DNA of 64,000 nt, taken from Candidatus Yanofskybacteria bacterium (lineage in GTDB: Bacteria > Patescibacteriota > Minisyncoccia > 2-02-FULL-40-12 > GWA2-44-9). Positions 53,495 through 63,898 of the stretch are shown in pieces. The notes below the pieces were generated by a model. It was not told the origin of the DNA. It saw nothing but the letters and a program-made list of their open reading frames with translations, and searched no databases. Every line of letters begins with the position of its first letter. The stretch's first letter is position 1. A program made the translations under genes and the position numbers. Where the stretch lies: contig DOSG01000002.1 of assembly GCA_003514055.1 (NCBI GenBank), positions 13,985-77,984 on the forward strand, in the 5' to 3' direction.

Positions 53495-55240
53495 ATGGGC
53501 CTCAACAATAAATACAAAACCGGCTTAGCTATCGTGGCTTTGTCGGTTTTTGCTTTGTTTGGACTGACTGCTAATGCTCAGGCGGAGAAAATCATTAATT
53601 TCGATGCCTCGATCAAGGTCAACGCTGATTCTAGTATTAATGTCGTTGAGAAGATAAAATATGATTTTGGAAATATTGAGAAGCATGGCATATACAGGGA
53701 TATAGAGACGCAGGGCAAATTAAAAGTATCAAACGTATCTGTAGTTGATGAGCGGGGTAAGCCTTACGAATTCGAGATTGCTAAATCTGGGGACACTCAG
53801 AGTATCAAGATAGGCAGTGCCAATCTCACTATATCGGGCATACATACATATGTGATAAGTTACTCGGTCAATGGAGCTATAGGGTATTTCGATAATTTTG
53901 ACGAGATCTACTGGAATGCAACGGGCGATGGGTGGGCTGTTCCGATAGAAAGTGCAGTAGCGACTGTCACTTTGCCGCAAGTGATACAAGAAAGTTATGT
54001 CCGGCAAGCCTGTTATGCTGGCAATCGTGGCGCGACTACTCCTTGTAAGTTTGCTGGATACATTGCCAACTCGCTAGATCAAGTCTCGGCCTTTAACTTC
54101 TCTCAAAATAATCTGCCTGCCGGCGAGGGACTAACTGTAGCCGTTGGATTCCCGAAAGATATCGTATCTATCCCTCCGCCAACATTTTTAGAAAGAAATC
54201 CCAGCATCAGATTCTTCGTTTTTCTTCTGCCAATATTCGTCTTCGCTTTAATGTTCTTGCGTTGGAATAAGGTGGGCCGAGATCCTAAGGGTAGGGGCGT
54301 CATTATTCCTCAGTACGATGCACCAAGCGGGCTAACTCCGCTGGAGGTTTCCGCGATAATGCGCCAAAGAATCAGTAACTCTGATATATCGGCGGAGATA
54401 GTGTATCTTGCCACTAAGGGTTTTATAAAAATTATCAAAACTACCGACAAGGGACTGATTTTCTCTTCGGACGATTATATTTTCAAACAGCTTAGAAATG
54501 ATCTATCATCTCTCGAGGATCCGGTTGATAAGAAAATTATGACCAGTCTTATGGCCGGTGCAGATAGCGGATCATCCGAAATTAAATTGTCAGATCTAAA
54601 GAACGCATTCTACACCTCTATCCCTAGTATAAAAAACGAGACTTACGGCTTTTTGATAGAGAATGGACATATAAAAAGCAATCCAGAGAAAATCATTACC
54701 AAATATATTGTCAGCTCTTTCCTTGCTACGGCAGCTGCGCTGGGTGGACTAATTTGGGCCGGAGCTAGTTGGGACTTAGACGAAGTCCTTGTCGGCTTGT
54801 CATCTCTTAGTATTGTCCTCTCTGGAGTTATCGCGATTATATTCAGCATGTTAATGCCAGCCAGAACAGTCAAAGGGCAGGAGTCGAAGGAATATGTTTT
54901 AGGCCTTAAAGAATATTTACAGATTGCCGAGAAGGATAGAATCGCGTTTCATAATGCACCAGAAAAAAAGCCAGAAGTATTCGAGAAGCTTCTTCCGTAT
55001 GCGATGGTCCTTGGCGTAGACAAGGCCTGGGCTAAGGAGTTCAAGGATATATACACAACGCCGCCAAGTTGGTATTCTGATTCATCCGGTGGCGCCTTCA
55101 ATTCGATATTGTTTATCAATAGCCTGAATAGCTTTAATTCTGCGGCTACGAGTAGCCTTGGATCTAGTCCCGGTGGAGGAAGCAGTGGGGGAGGATTTTC
55201 TGGTGGCGGTATGGGCGGAGGTGGCGGTGGAAGTTGGTAG
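53495..55240 (+). CDS. DUF2207-family membrane protein (LemA partner) with Gly-rich C-terminus
   Basis: Signal peptide, central TMs, C-terminus SSGGGFSGGGMGGGGGGSW; conserved LemA-DUF2207 gene pair. Confidence 0.7.
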   Translation: MGLNNKYKTGLAIVALSVFALFGLTANAQAEKIINFDASIKVNADSSINVVEKIKYDFGNIEKHGIYRDIETQGKLKVSNVSVVDERGKPYEFEIAKSGDTQSIKIGSANLTISGIHTYVISYSVNGAIGYFDNFDEIYWNATGDGWAVPIESAVATVTLPQVIQESYVRQACYAGNRGATTPCKFAGYIANSLDQVSAFNFSQNNLPAGEGLTVAVGFPKDIVSIPPPTFLERNPSIRFFVFLLPIFVFALMFLRWNKVGRDPKGRGVIIPQYDAPSGLTPLEVSAIMRQRISNSDISAEIVYLATKGFIKIIKTTDKGLIFSSDDYIFKQLRNDLSSLEDPVDKKIMTSLMAGADSGSSEIKLSDLKNAFYTSIPSIKNETYGFLIENGHIKSNPEKIITKYIVSSFLATAAALGGLIWAGASWDLDEVLVGLSSLSIVLSGVIAIIFSMLMPARTVKGQESKEYVLGLKEYLQIAEKDRIAFHNAPEKKPEVFEKLLPYAMVLGVDKAWAKEFKDIYTTPPSWYSDSSGGAFNSILFINSLNSFNSAATSSLGSSPGGGSSGGGFSGGGMGGGGGGSW

Positions 55241-55282
55241 GTTTAAGCTTTATCTTTGGGCCAATATTGATATAATTCGATT

Positions 55283-56170
55283 ATGAATTTGTACACCCAC
55301 AAAGATTCCAATATTCGCAAAACATGGCTACTTATGACCATGTTTTTGCTGTTTGTAATCGCTGTTGGTTGGTTATTCGGTTTTGCATTGAATAAGCCGG
55401 TTATTCTTTATGGTGCAATCATCCTTAGCTTAGTTATGAATTTTACGGCCTATTGGTACTCAGACAAAGTTGCATTGGCTATGTCAGGTGCCGTTCCCGT
55501 AACCCACGAATCTCACGAGAATTTCTATCATGTGGTTGAAAATCTATGCATTACTGCCGGCCTGCCAGTTCCTAAACTATATATAATTCCTGGCGGACAG
55601 ATAAACGCATTCGCTACTGGAAGGAATGCCGAACATGCGGCCATAGCAGTTACTGAAGGCGCATTGCAGAAATTAGACAAGAATGAGCTCGAAGGAGTAC
55701 TAGCCCACGAGCTGTCGCATATTGGGAACAGAGATATTCTACTTCAGTCGGTCATCGTTGTTTTGGCTGGTTTAATTTCTATTATGGCTGACTGGTTTCT
55801 ACGTTCTATGTTCTGGGGTGGAGATGATCGCGATAACAAAAACGGGGCGATCATGCTTGTCGGGATTATAGCTTCGATCCTAGCGCCGATAGCGGCCATG
55901 ATTATCCAGTTAGCAATTTCTAGAAAAAGAGAATTTTTAGCTGATGCGTCTGGAGCACTGCTCACTCGTTATCCCGAGGGTTTGGCCAGCGCTCTTGAGA
56001 AAATTTCTCAAGACCAGCATCCTATGCGAAGGGCTTCGAGTGCGAATGCACATTTGTATATATCAAATCCGTTTCGCGGCAAGGCAAAAACGAGCTGGTT
56101 TTCTAAGATGTTCATGACTCATCCGCCGATAGAAGAAAGAGTGGCCGCTTTACGTGGCTTAAAAATTTAA
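55283..56170 (+). CDS. htpX: Zinc metalloprotease HtpX (M48)
   Basis: HELSHIGNRD HExxH, 4 TM. Confidence 0.9.
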   Translation: MNLYTHKDSNIRKTWLLMTMFLLFVIAVGWLFGFALNKPVILYGAIILSLVMNFTAYWYSDKVALAMSGAVPVTHESHENFYHVVENLCITAGLPVPKLYIIPGGQINAFATGRNAEHAAIAVTEGALQKLDKNELEGVLAHELSHIGNRDILLQSVIVVLAGLISIMADWFLRSMFWGGDDRDNKNGAIMLVGIIASILAPIAAMIIQLAISRKREFLADASGALLTRYPEGLASALEKISQDQHPMRRASSANAHLYISNPFRGKAKTSWFSKMFMTHPPIEERVAALRGLKI

Positions 56171-56218
56171 TTACTGGGAAAAAGATATTTAGATAAAATT
56201 GGTATTATTAAAAAACTT

Positions 56219-56305
56219 GGAGAGGTCGCATAGTGGTCTAGTGCGCCGCCCTGGAAAGGCGGTTTACTCGCAAGGGTATCGAGGGTTCGAATCCCTCCCT
56301 CTCCG
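56219..56305 (+). tRNA. tRNA-Ser (anticodon GGA)
   Basis: GGAGAGG...CCGCC-CTGGAAA-GGCGG...long variable arm...GAGGG-TTCGAAT-CCCTC-CCTCTCC-G. Confidence 0.85.
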
Positions 56306-56403
56306 CATTGACAGTTGAATATGTCTTAAGGCATATTCAATTGGTGCTGTTAGTTAGGCGGTAGTTAGCCAAACTTTTGTGACGATAAAAATTTAGTCGA
56401 GAC

Positions 56404-56461
56404 CGAATCCCTTCCATGGTCCTCCGAAGTCTTGACGAAGGAGATCCTCTCCGCATCGACA
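56404..56461 (+). pseudogene. Degenerate duplicate of the tRNA-Ser 3' half (T-loop plus acceptor) with a 32-nt insertion; att-like repeat
   Basis: cgaatccct...cctctccgcatcgaca versus tRNA cgaatccctccctctccgcattgaca (15/16 in the terminal segment). Confidence 0.45.
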
Positions 56462-56584
56462 ATTTAGTATCGGAGTCAACCCATTTATCTATGACGAATG
56501 TGCGACCCGAGTACATAAATTACAAACAAAAATACACGAATTATTCGTGTATTTTTGTTTGTCTAAAATTGCTAAAATGTATTT

Positions 56585-57826
56585 ATGGATAATAACGATG
56601 AATATAAAAACCATCACTATGTTCCTCAATGGTATCAAAAGAAATTTATGTTACCAGGCGAATCTGAGCTTTTTTACTTAGACATGAAGCCTAATTTTGC
56701 AATTGACTCTAAAGGAAATAAACACCAAAAAAGATCTTTATGGAAACAAGGGAGTAAAAAATGTTTTGTTGAAGAAGATTTATATACAACAAAAATTCCT
56801 AATATTAAACCAGAAGATATTGAAAAGCATTTCTTTGGACAAATAGACGTTAAAGGAAAGCCTGCCGTAGAATATTTCGAAGATTTTGATTACCCATTAA
56901 AAACATGGGGTACGTCACTTGAAGATATTTTAGTTTATATGAGTGCGCAAAAATTGCGTACTCCGAAAGGACTTTCTTTTTTAAGTAATAAGATTGGGAG
57001 TACAAACAAAGATGATATTTTAAGCACAATGATTGGGCTTAGTCGACTTCATGCTGCGATATGGACGGAATGCGTTTGGTTGATAGCTGATGCATCACAG
57101 TCAGAAACAAAATTCATAATTTCAGATCATCCTGTAACCGTCTATAATCGAGAATGTGGCCCTAGTTCTCAATCGTGTAGAGAGTCGAATGATCCTGATA
57201 TATGGCTTCAGGGCACGCATACAATCTTTCCTCTTTCTTTAGACAAGGTACTTATCTTGACTAACCTGTCTTGGGTAAGAAATCCATACCAAAAAGCAAC
57301 AGACCTTCGTCCGAACTCAAACCCTTTTCGAAATGCAATATTTAGATTTACAGATGTTCAAGTAAGAAGACACTTGGATGAGCAGGAAGTTCGTGAGATT
57401 AATTTTATTATTAAAAATAGAGCGAGACGATTTGTTGCGGCGGCAAAAAGTGAATGGCTTTATCCTGAGAAATATATCTCAAAATCTAACTGGAATAATT
57501 ATGGACATGGTTATTTATTAATGCCAGACCCAAGAGCTATACATTGGGGCGGAACCATAATATGGGGCGGTGGACCTGGCGGGTATGGTTCTATGGATGA
57601 ATATGGAAGATTGCCAGGGGATCCTGATTTCGAGGGAGGATCAAATAAAGATATGGAGTATAAAACGCTACCCTGGTTTCAAGGAGAGTTCGCAGAATTA
57701 TTTGGTCCATATAGAAGAGGTCGCTGCATGCAAACTCTAGAAATTGAGAAAGAACGTGATAGCGATGATTCTCATAAATATCACTTAGACTTAAAGAAAA
57801 AGAAATACAAGGATAGAAAAAAGTAA
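56585..57826 (+). CDS. DUF4238-family protein (family with a reported single-gene anti-phage member); 413 aa
   Basis: N-terminal HHYVPQWYQKKF matches the DUF4238 hallmark HYVPQ[FW]YL[KR]xF; very AT-rich gene in a tRNA-flanked island. Confidence 0.6.
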   Translation: MDNNDEYKNHHYVPQWYQKKFMLPGESELFYLDMKPNFAIDSKGNKHQKRSLWKQGSKKCFVEEDLYTTKIPNIKPEDIEKHFFGQIDVKGKPAVEYFEDFDYPLKTWGTSLEDILVYMSAQKLRTPKGLSFLSNKIGSTNKDDILSTMIGLSRLHAAIWTECVWLIADASQSETKFIISDHPVTVYNRECGPSSQSCRESNDPDIWLQGTHTIFPLSLDKVLILTNLSWVRNPYQKATDLRPNSNPFRNAIFRFTDVQVRRHLDEQEVREINFIIKNRARRFVAAAKSEWLYPEKYISKSNWNNYGHGYLLMPDPRAIHWGGTIIWGGGPGGYGSMDEYGRLPGDPDFEGGSNKDMEYKTLPWFQGEFAELFGPYRRGRCMQTLEIEKERDSDDSHKYHLDLKKKKYKDRKK

Positions 57827-58229
57827 TTCAGTCGCTAGTTGAGAATACCTCTGGTAAAGTTGAAGGGCCGCCTGCAAATGCATTTACGTTGGTGAATTTG
57901 AAAGATAATCTTGTATCCGTAAAAGTTCTGGGGAAGAGTGGATTAAGTTACGAAATTAGAATCTAATACTGGAAAGACAGATAGTTTATGGCTATACTGT
58001 AATTGTTCGGATTTCTTCTACGACCCAATGTTTCCTTCAGGATGCCTTTGGACGTAACAGCGCTTTCCCGTTTCACTATTACGTGCCACCTTCCCCACGC
58101 CCCTGGCTTCATGCATTTTTGTTTGGCGCGATCTTTTCGAATTAGACATGATGATGGCGGAGCCCATATCTAATATAGGGCTACTCGCCAACTTGATGTA
58201 TAATACTGTAAATAACTAAATTTAAGCAT

Positions 58230-59579
58230 ATGTCTCAAGAAGAATTTGATCCACACGACGAAAAATACAATAAGGTTAAAGATCTTCCGTGGCATGAAAG
58301 AGGAAGATATATTGACTTAGAAAGCGGGGGCTTTGTCGAAAAAACCGTGGTCGAGAATTCAGAGTTAAATCAAAGGTTGGCTGACTTGGTAAATAGGGCA
58401 GTTGATATCTTAAAACGAGATGTAAGAGATAGCGGGATAGTAGAGGAAGAAGTTAAATTAAAACACGACGAAGCTGTAAAAAATAAAGATTGGGATGGGG
58501 CCATGGTGTATGATAAAATATTGCGCCCTTTTCGTGACGCGAGGAATCTACCCTTGGTAATATTCAATAGTGAGACTGGAAGTGGTGAATTCCTTAATTA
58601 TTCAGAGAAAGCCCAAGCTATTTTTTTAGATTTAGTTGATCCAAAAGATATTGAGGTTGTTGCAGAAATTTTGGGAGACAACAGATTCTCCAATCGTTTT
58701 GAGTTAATTCGGCGAATGGATGAATCAACTTTGCAATCAGCATATGATCATATAAAAAATACAAATCTTTGGATTGCGGGAGAGTTTGTGGATGGTTCCA
58801 ACGACAAGGATTTTAAGATTAGAGTACTTAGGGAAATTTCTGAGAAGATAGACGATCCCGGCACCGTATCTGTAATAAAAATGCGCATTGGGAAATTCTT
58901 AATTCAGAACGGATTTGAAAAAGATTTTTTTGATTTATGTGATTCAGGCCTCTTAGATACAAATCTTGGGATATATTTGAAGAGTATCAGGTCAAATGAG
59001 ATTTTGTTCGAGATAGCAAAAAGATCTAAGTATCCATTCGATGTATTAAGGTGTGTGTCAGATCCCGCTATCTTTGCTAAGATAATCGAGACTCAAGCAA
59101 AAGATTTTACTTTCGAGAATGAAAGAGCGAGAGACGCGCTTATCCCGCGAGTAAGAGGGTTAAAACATGCCTTAGAAAATGAGCCGATTATAGTCGGCGT
59201 CGGCGAGATTGAAGATAGGAATAAATTTATTGTTACTTTACCTATTTTTGATCCTCACGGGGTAGACGACCAACAATTAAGCGAGCAATCAAGATATTTT
59301 ATAGCTTGGGGTGGTTTGCGTTCGGGAGGTGGTACTCATAAATCTATTTTAGCGAGCTTAAAAGAGGAGCACCCGCATCTTTCTGACAGTATTACTGTCG
59401 GTGGGTATATTAGCATTGATAACAGAGATGATAAGGTAATCGTTGTATTTAATAACCACAGCGGCGATTTTGGTTATTACGATCTAAATATTGTAGAGAA
59501 ATTTAGGCCTCAAATAGAGAAAGCGTTGAAAGACAGCCTGGGTAAAGAAGTCGAGGTTACAATGGAGTCCTCAAGTTAG
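58230..59579 (+). CDS. Hypothetical 449-aa protein in the same island
   Basis: Long ORF, AT-rich, no family recognised. Confidence 0.55.
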   Translation: MSQEEFDPHDEKYNKVKDLPWHERGRYIDLESGGFVEKTVVENSELNQRLADLVNRAVDILKRDVRDSGIVEEEVKLKHDEAVKNKDWDGAMVYDKILRPFRDARNLPLVIFNSETGSGEFLNYSEKAQAIFLDLVDPKDIEVVAEILGDNRFSNRFELIRRMDESTLQSAYDHIKNTNLWIAGEFVDGSNDKDFKIRVLREISEKIDDPGTVSVIKMRIGKFLIQNGFEKDFFDLCDSGLLDTNLGIYLKSIRSNEILFEIAKRSKYPFDVLRCVSDPAIFAKIIETQAKDFTFENERARDALIPRVRGLKHALENEPIIVGVGEIEDRNKFIVTLPIFDPHGVDDQQLSEQSRYFIAWGGLRSGGGTHKSILASLKEEHPHLSDSITVGGYISIDNRDDKVIVVFNNHSGDFGYYDLNIVEKFRPQIEKALKDSLGKEVEVTMESSS

Positions 59580-59728
59580 CTTCGAACTTTATTAGTTGGT
59601 TGTTTTACAATTTCTAGCGGATTATTTTTTGAAGATTAAGACGTAGGGGAATGTGGCATGGAATTGAAAAGATAAAAATGCTAAATTTAAAGCAACAACA
59701 AAATAATTAATAATAATCGAACAAATCT

Positions 59729-60040
59729 ATGGAAAAAAATTGTCAGGCATGTGGAATGCCCCTAACCAAAAAAGAAGACTTTGATAATGGAGACGAGAAT
59801 TCAAATTTTTGTCTGTATTGCGTTAATACCGATGGTAGCGTTAAGTCGTGCGAAGAAATTTTCGAGGGCGGTGTCCAATTCTTTATGACTCAGATTGAAG
59901 GCGATCGACAAATGGCAGAAAAAGTAACCAGAAAGAATATGGGAGAGCTATCGTATTGGCGGGACAAAAATTGCGAGGTTCTAAAAGGCGAAATGGCGAC
60001 CGATGAAGAATTCGCCGAAGTGATGAAAAAATTGAGCTAA
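59729..60040 (+). CDS. Small zinc-ribbon protein (CxxCGMPL...CxxC)
   Basis: NCQACGMPL...FCLYCV motif typical of the putative zinc-ribbon family. Confidence 0.55.
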   Translation: MEKNCQACGMPLTKKEDFDNGDENSNFCLYCVNTDGSVKSCEEIFEGGVQFFMTQIEGDRQMAEKVTRKNMGELSYWRDKNCEVLKGEMATDEEFAEVMKKLS

Positions 60041-60053
60041 AGATCTTTAGTCT

Positions 60054-60824
60054 ATGGATTATTGGCAAAGTATTATTCTAGGTATAGTCGAGGGACTTAC
60101 GGAATTTCTTCCTATTTCTTCTACGGCCCATTTAATTTTAGGTGGGAAAATTCTCAACATCGTCCAGACGGAGTTTGTAAAAAGTTTTGAAATCGTTATT
60201 CAGCTTGGTGCAATCTTGGCGGTTATATGGCTGTATTGGAAGAGAATAGTGTCTAGCAAGGAGATAATTAAAAGAATTATCGTTGCCTTTCTGCCAACGG
60301 CAATTTTCGGCTTTCTGCTCTATAAGATATTCAAGGGTTATTTAATGGAAAACTTGGCCGTCATTGTTTGGGCGTTAATACTGGGAGGTATTCTTCTTAT
60401 TGTCTTTGAATATTGGCATAAGGAAAAGGCTGATGCCGCTGAGAATATTGAAGATATCTCTTATAAAAATTGTTTTCTAATCGGAACTTGTCAGGCAATC
60501 GCCATGGTGCCCGGCGTCTCACGTGCTGGTGCTACAATCTTGGGCGGGTTATTCTTGGGCATAAAGAGAAAAACCATTGTAGAGTTTTCTTTTCTTTTAG
60601 CTGTGCCGACAATGCTAGCGGCAACTGGCTATGATTTATTAAAAACTGGGTTTACTTTTTCGGCCGATCAATTTGGCCAACTTTCTGTGGGGCTCATTGT
60701 GTCTTTCTTGGTTGCTATTCTAGCTATTAAGTTTTTACTTCGCTATATCCAACAACACGATTTTAAATTGTTCGGTCTGTACCGAATTATTATTGGCTTA
60801 ATTTTCTTGCTAATTATCCTGTGA
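60054..60824 (+). CDS. uppP: Undecaprenyl-diphosphatase
   Basis: BacA/UppP motifs (GVSRAGATI, 8 TM). Confidence 0.9.
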   Translation: MDYWQSIILGIVEGLTEFLPISSTAHLILGGKILNIVQTEFVKSFEIVIQLGAILAVIWLYWKRIVSSKEIIKRIIVAFLPTAIFGFLLYKIFKGYLMENLAVIVWALILGGILLIVFEYWHKEKADAAENIEDISYKNCFLIGTCQAIAMVPGVSRAGATILGGLFLGIKRKTIVEFSFLLAVPTMLAATGYDLLKTGFTFSADQFGQLSVGLIVSFLVAILAIKFLLRYIQQHDFKLFGLYRIIIGLIFLLIIL

Positions 60825-60864
60825 TCCTCCGCATAAGTCTGAGTGATGATGAGTAAGTCTTGCA

Positions 60865-60903
60865 AATCAGGGGAGGATCTTGAGATCCTCCCCTGATTTT
60901 TCT
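60865..60903 (+). terminator. Rho-independent terminator after uppP (15-bp stem)
   Basis: aatcaggggaggatc-ttga-gatcctcccctgatt then tttctttt. Confidence 0.85.
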
Positions 60904-60938
60904 TTTCGGGCGAGCTTGAGGCGGTTTAATGATGTGCT

Positions 60939-62039
60939 ATGATTGGACAGTATATGGTTGATGAAATCAATAAAATTGAACTTGAGCATTTAGGCTATGA
61001 TGATTTTTTTGAATCAGAATGGCAGTCTTTGGCTTTACCGCAATGCATAGTGGCTCGAGTTGTAGCTGAACACAAAGAAGCATACAAGGTTAAGACTGCT
61101 AAGAAAGAATATCTGGCCAAAATAACGGGAAAACAAATATTTGATGCCACAAAAAGAGAAGATTATCCGGCTGTTGGCGATTGGGTAGCTATAGCCGAAG
61201 CCGATGAAGAAAGGGCGATTATCTATAAAATCCTACCTAGGAGAACAATACTTAAAAAGAAATACAGCAATAAGCAAGATACTCAAATTATAGCTACTAA
61301 CATTGATGTCGCTTTTATCGTGGAATCAGTAGATAGGGATTACAATTTGAATCGTTTTGAGAGATATCTTGTCTTGGCCAGTGAGGGGAAAATCAAATCG
61401 ACTATCGTATTAAACAAAATCGATCTAATTTCAAAAGATGAATTGGATCTGAAAATTGATCAAATAAGAGAAAGGTTTAGCGATGTCGACATTATCGTAG
61501 CTAGCACTGTTGCTGAACAGGGGCTAGACGAATTGATGAACTATATAAAGGGAGGCAAGACATATTGTTTTCTTGGATCGTCTGGCGTGGGCAAGTCATC
61601 TTTGATAAATAAGTTATTAAAAAAGGACGAGATTGAGACTAGGGAGATAGGCCAGTCAACTGGTAGGGGGAGGCACACAACCACCGTTAGGGAAATGTAT
61701 TTCTTAGAAAATGGCGGAATCGTAATTGATAATCCAGGCACACGAGAGGTTGGAGTGGCTGACGCCGGCGACGGCATAGAAAATATATTTAACGAAATAA
61801 CTGCCTTATCCGAGGAGTGTAAATATGTTGATTGCACCCATATGCAGGAGCCTGGATGCGCTGTTTTGAAAGCCGTCGAGAGTGGGGAATTAGATGACGC
61901 TAAATACCAAAACTATATTAGATTAAGAAAAGAAAATGAGTATTATGGAATGTCCAATCTTGATAGAAAGCAGAAGGATCGTAAATTTGGCCAATTTGTA
62001 AAAAAAGCACTAGATCAGTTGAAGGATCTCGAATCGTAA
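60939..62039 (+). CDS. rsgA: Ribosome small-subunit biogenesis GTPase RsgA (YjeQ)
   Basis: Circularly permuted GTPase: NKIDL, GSSGVGKSSLIN, C-terminal CxxC..H..C zinc knuckle. Confidence 0.9.
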   Translation: MIGQYMVDEINKIELEHLGYDDFFESEWQSLALPQCIVARVVAEHKEAYKVKTAKKEYLAKITGKQIFDATKREDYPAVGDWVAIAEADEERAIIYKILPRRTILKKKYSNKQDTQIIATNIDVAFIVESVDRDYNLNRFERYLVLASEGKIKSTIVLNKIDLISKDELDLKIDQIRERFSDVDIIVASTVAEQGLDELMNYIKGGKTYCFLGSSGVGKSSLINKLLKKDEIETREIGQSTGRGRHTTTVREMYFLENGGIVIDNPGTREVGVADAGDGIENIFNEITALSEECKYVDCTHMQEPGCAVLKAVESGELDDAKYQNYIRLRKENEYYGMSNLDRKQKDRKFGQFVKKALDQLKDLES

Positions 62040-62054
62040 TTTTGGATAAGCGAT

Positions 62055-63200
62055 ATGGCAATTGTAAATACGCTCAAGAAGATAATATCCCAGATTAAGA
62101 AGCCAAGGATTAAATATGATCCCTTAATTGAGGTAAAAATTTCTAAGGATAATCTGCTCCATAATCTTCATCAATATCAGAGCTCTTCTCTGGGATTGAA
62201 GTTTATACCTGTTTTAAAGAGCAACGCCTACGGCCACGGCTTGGTAGAGGTTGCTGGGATACTCGATCACGAAGCCTGTGATTTTTTAGCAGTAGACTCT
62301 TTTTATGAAGCGCTTAAGCTTAGGCAGAGCAAGATAAGAAGCAATATTTTAGTCTTAGGATACACTACTCTAGAACAATTAAATCAGGGCGTTGTTGGTG
62401 GCTGTAGTTTCGTGATCACAAGCCTAGATCAGCTGGTGTATATATCTAATCATTTGCACTATGCTCAAAAATTCCATCTAAAGATCGATACCGGCATGTG
62501 TCGCCAAGGAATCTTGCCAGAGCAGACAGATGGAGCGATTCAGCTGATTAAGAAAAATAGCAACATCATCCTTGAAGGGATTTGCTCTCATTTTTCTGAT
62601 GCCGATAACGTTGATGAATCTTTTACTTTGAAGCAGATAGACGCATGGAACAAGGTTGTGGCGTCTATCGATTCCAAGTTACCAAATTTAAAATACAAAC
62701 ACATCAGCTCCACGGCTGGAATTAAATACAAAGATCGAATAAATGCGAATATGTGTCGGCTCGGGCTTGGACTCTATGGGATTGGCCAGAAAGAAGTGGG
62801 CTTAAAGCCAGCATTGCAGATGGTGGCAAAAATAACGGGAATAAAAAACATAAAAAGGGGCGACGAGGTTGGTTACGGCAAGACCTTTACTGCTCCGTCG
62901 GATATGAAGGTGGCTACCGTCGCCGCGGGATATTACGAGGGTGTAGATCGACGCTTATCCAACAGGGGATTTGTTAGGATTAGAAATCAATTCTGTTCAA
63001 TCATTGGCAGAGTGAGCATGAATATATCTACGATTGATGTGAGCGGCGTCAGCTCCATAACTATTGAAGATGAATGTATATTGATGAGTGATAAAATCGG
63101 AGATCCTAATTCCATTGAGTCTATAGCTAATTTATGTGATACAATCCCGTACGAGATATTGATTCACATTCCGCCCCATTTAAGAAGGACAATTATATGA
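62055..63200 (+). CDS. alr: Alanine racemase
   Basis: PLP-lysine motif VLKSNAYGHG. Confidence 0.9.
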   Translation: MAIVNTLKKIISQIKKPRIKYDPLIEVKISKDNLLHNLHQYQSSSLGLKFIPVLKSNAYGHGLVEVAGILDHEACDFLAVDSFYEALKLRQSKIRSNILVLGYTTLEQLNQGVVGGCSFVITSLDQLVYISNHLHYAQKFHLKIDTGMCRQGILPEQTDGAIQLIKKNSNIILEGICSHFSDADNVDESFTLKQIDAWNKVVASIDSKLPNLKYKHISSTAGIKYKDRINANMCRLGLGLYGIGQKEVGLKPALQMVAKITGIKNIKRGDEVGYGKTFTAPSDMKVATVAAGYYEGVDRRLSNRGFVRIRNQFCSIIGRVSMNISTIDVSGVSSITIEDECILMSDKIGDPNSIESIANLCDTIPYEILIHIPPHLRRTII

Positions 63201-63880
63201 CGCTAATCATCATTTGGATAATAGGGATTACCAGCTTCACGCTTTTGGGGAGTTGGTATGCCAGAAGATACAATAAGCCGGATTTGCTGATCGGCTTATA
63301 CGTGACTTTTATTTTGGTGGCTCAAATCTTAGCCGCTAAAATTTCTGTTTTCGATCTAGGGTTCGCGACTTTTTATGGCCCAAGCGGAGTCCTGCTATTT
63401 GCTGTTACTTATCTTTTTACCGATATCGTAAACGAGAAATTTGGCAGACGAGAGACTCAAAAGATGATTGCGATAGCATTCGTGTCTCAGGTGGCGATGG
63501 TCTTCTTTTTTTGGCTGGGCACACGCTTAGCTCCGGCACCTTTTTGGAATATGCAGAATACCTGGGAGCAAATATTCGGCATGGTTCCTCGAATAACTCT
63601 GGCCAGCTGGATAGCTTTTCTTGTTTCTGAGAACCTGGATGCCTATATATATTCTTGGTTTAAGGAATATACTAAGGGTAGGCATCTATGGGCGCGTAAT
63701 GTATTTAGCTCGATGCCGGCTTTACTAATCGATAGTCTGATATTTATACCTATCGCATTCTTGGGTATTTCTCCAATCTTTCCGCTTATTCTTGGCCAAA
63801 CAATTTTGAAGTGGCTGGTGGGAATAGTGAATATACCATTCATGTATCTCAACAGATACATACTAAACCTGAAAGCTTAA
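63197..63880 (+). CDS. Queuosine-precursor transporter (YhhQ/VUT family)
   Basis: VUT-family motifs ...FLVSENLDAYIYSWFKEYTKGRHLWARN... Confidence 0.75.
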   Translation: MTLIIIWIIGITSFTLLGSWYARRYNKPDLLIGLYVTFILVAQILAAKISVFDLGFATFYGPSGVLLFAVTYLFTDIVNEKFGRRETQKMIAIAFVSQVAMVFFFWLGTRLAPAPFWNMQNTWEQIFGMVPRITLASWIAFLVSENLDAYIYSWFKEYTKGRHLWARNVFSSMPALLIDSLIFIPIAFLGISPIFPLILGQTILKWLVGIVNIPFMYLNRYILNLKA

Positions 63881-63898
63881 AAACATTTAAATATACTA

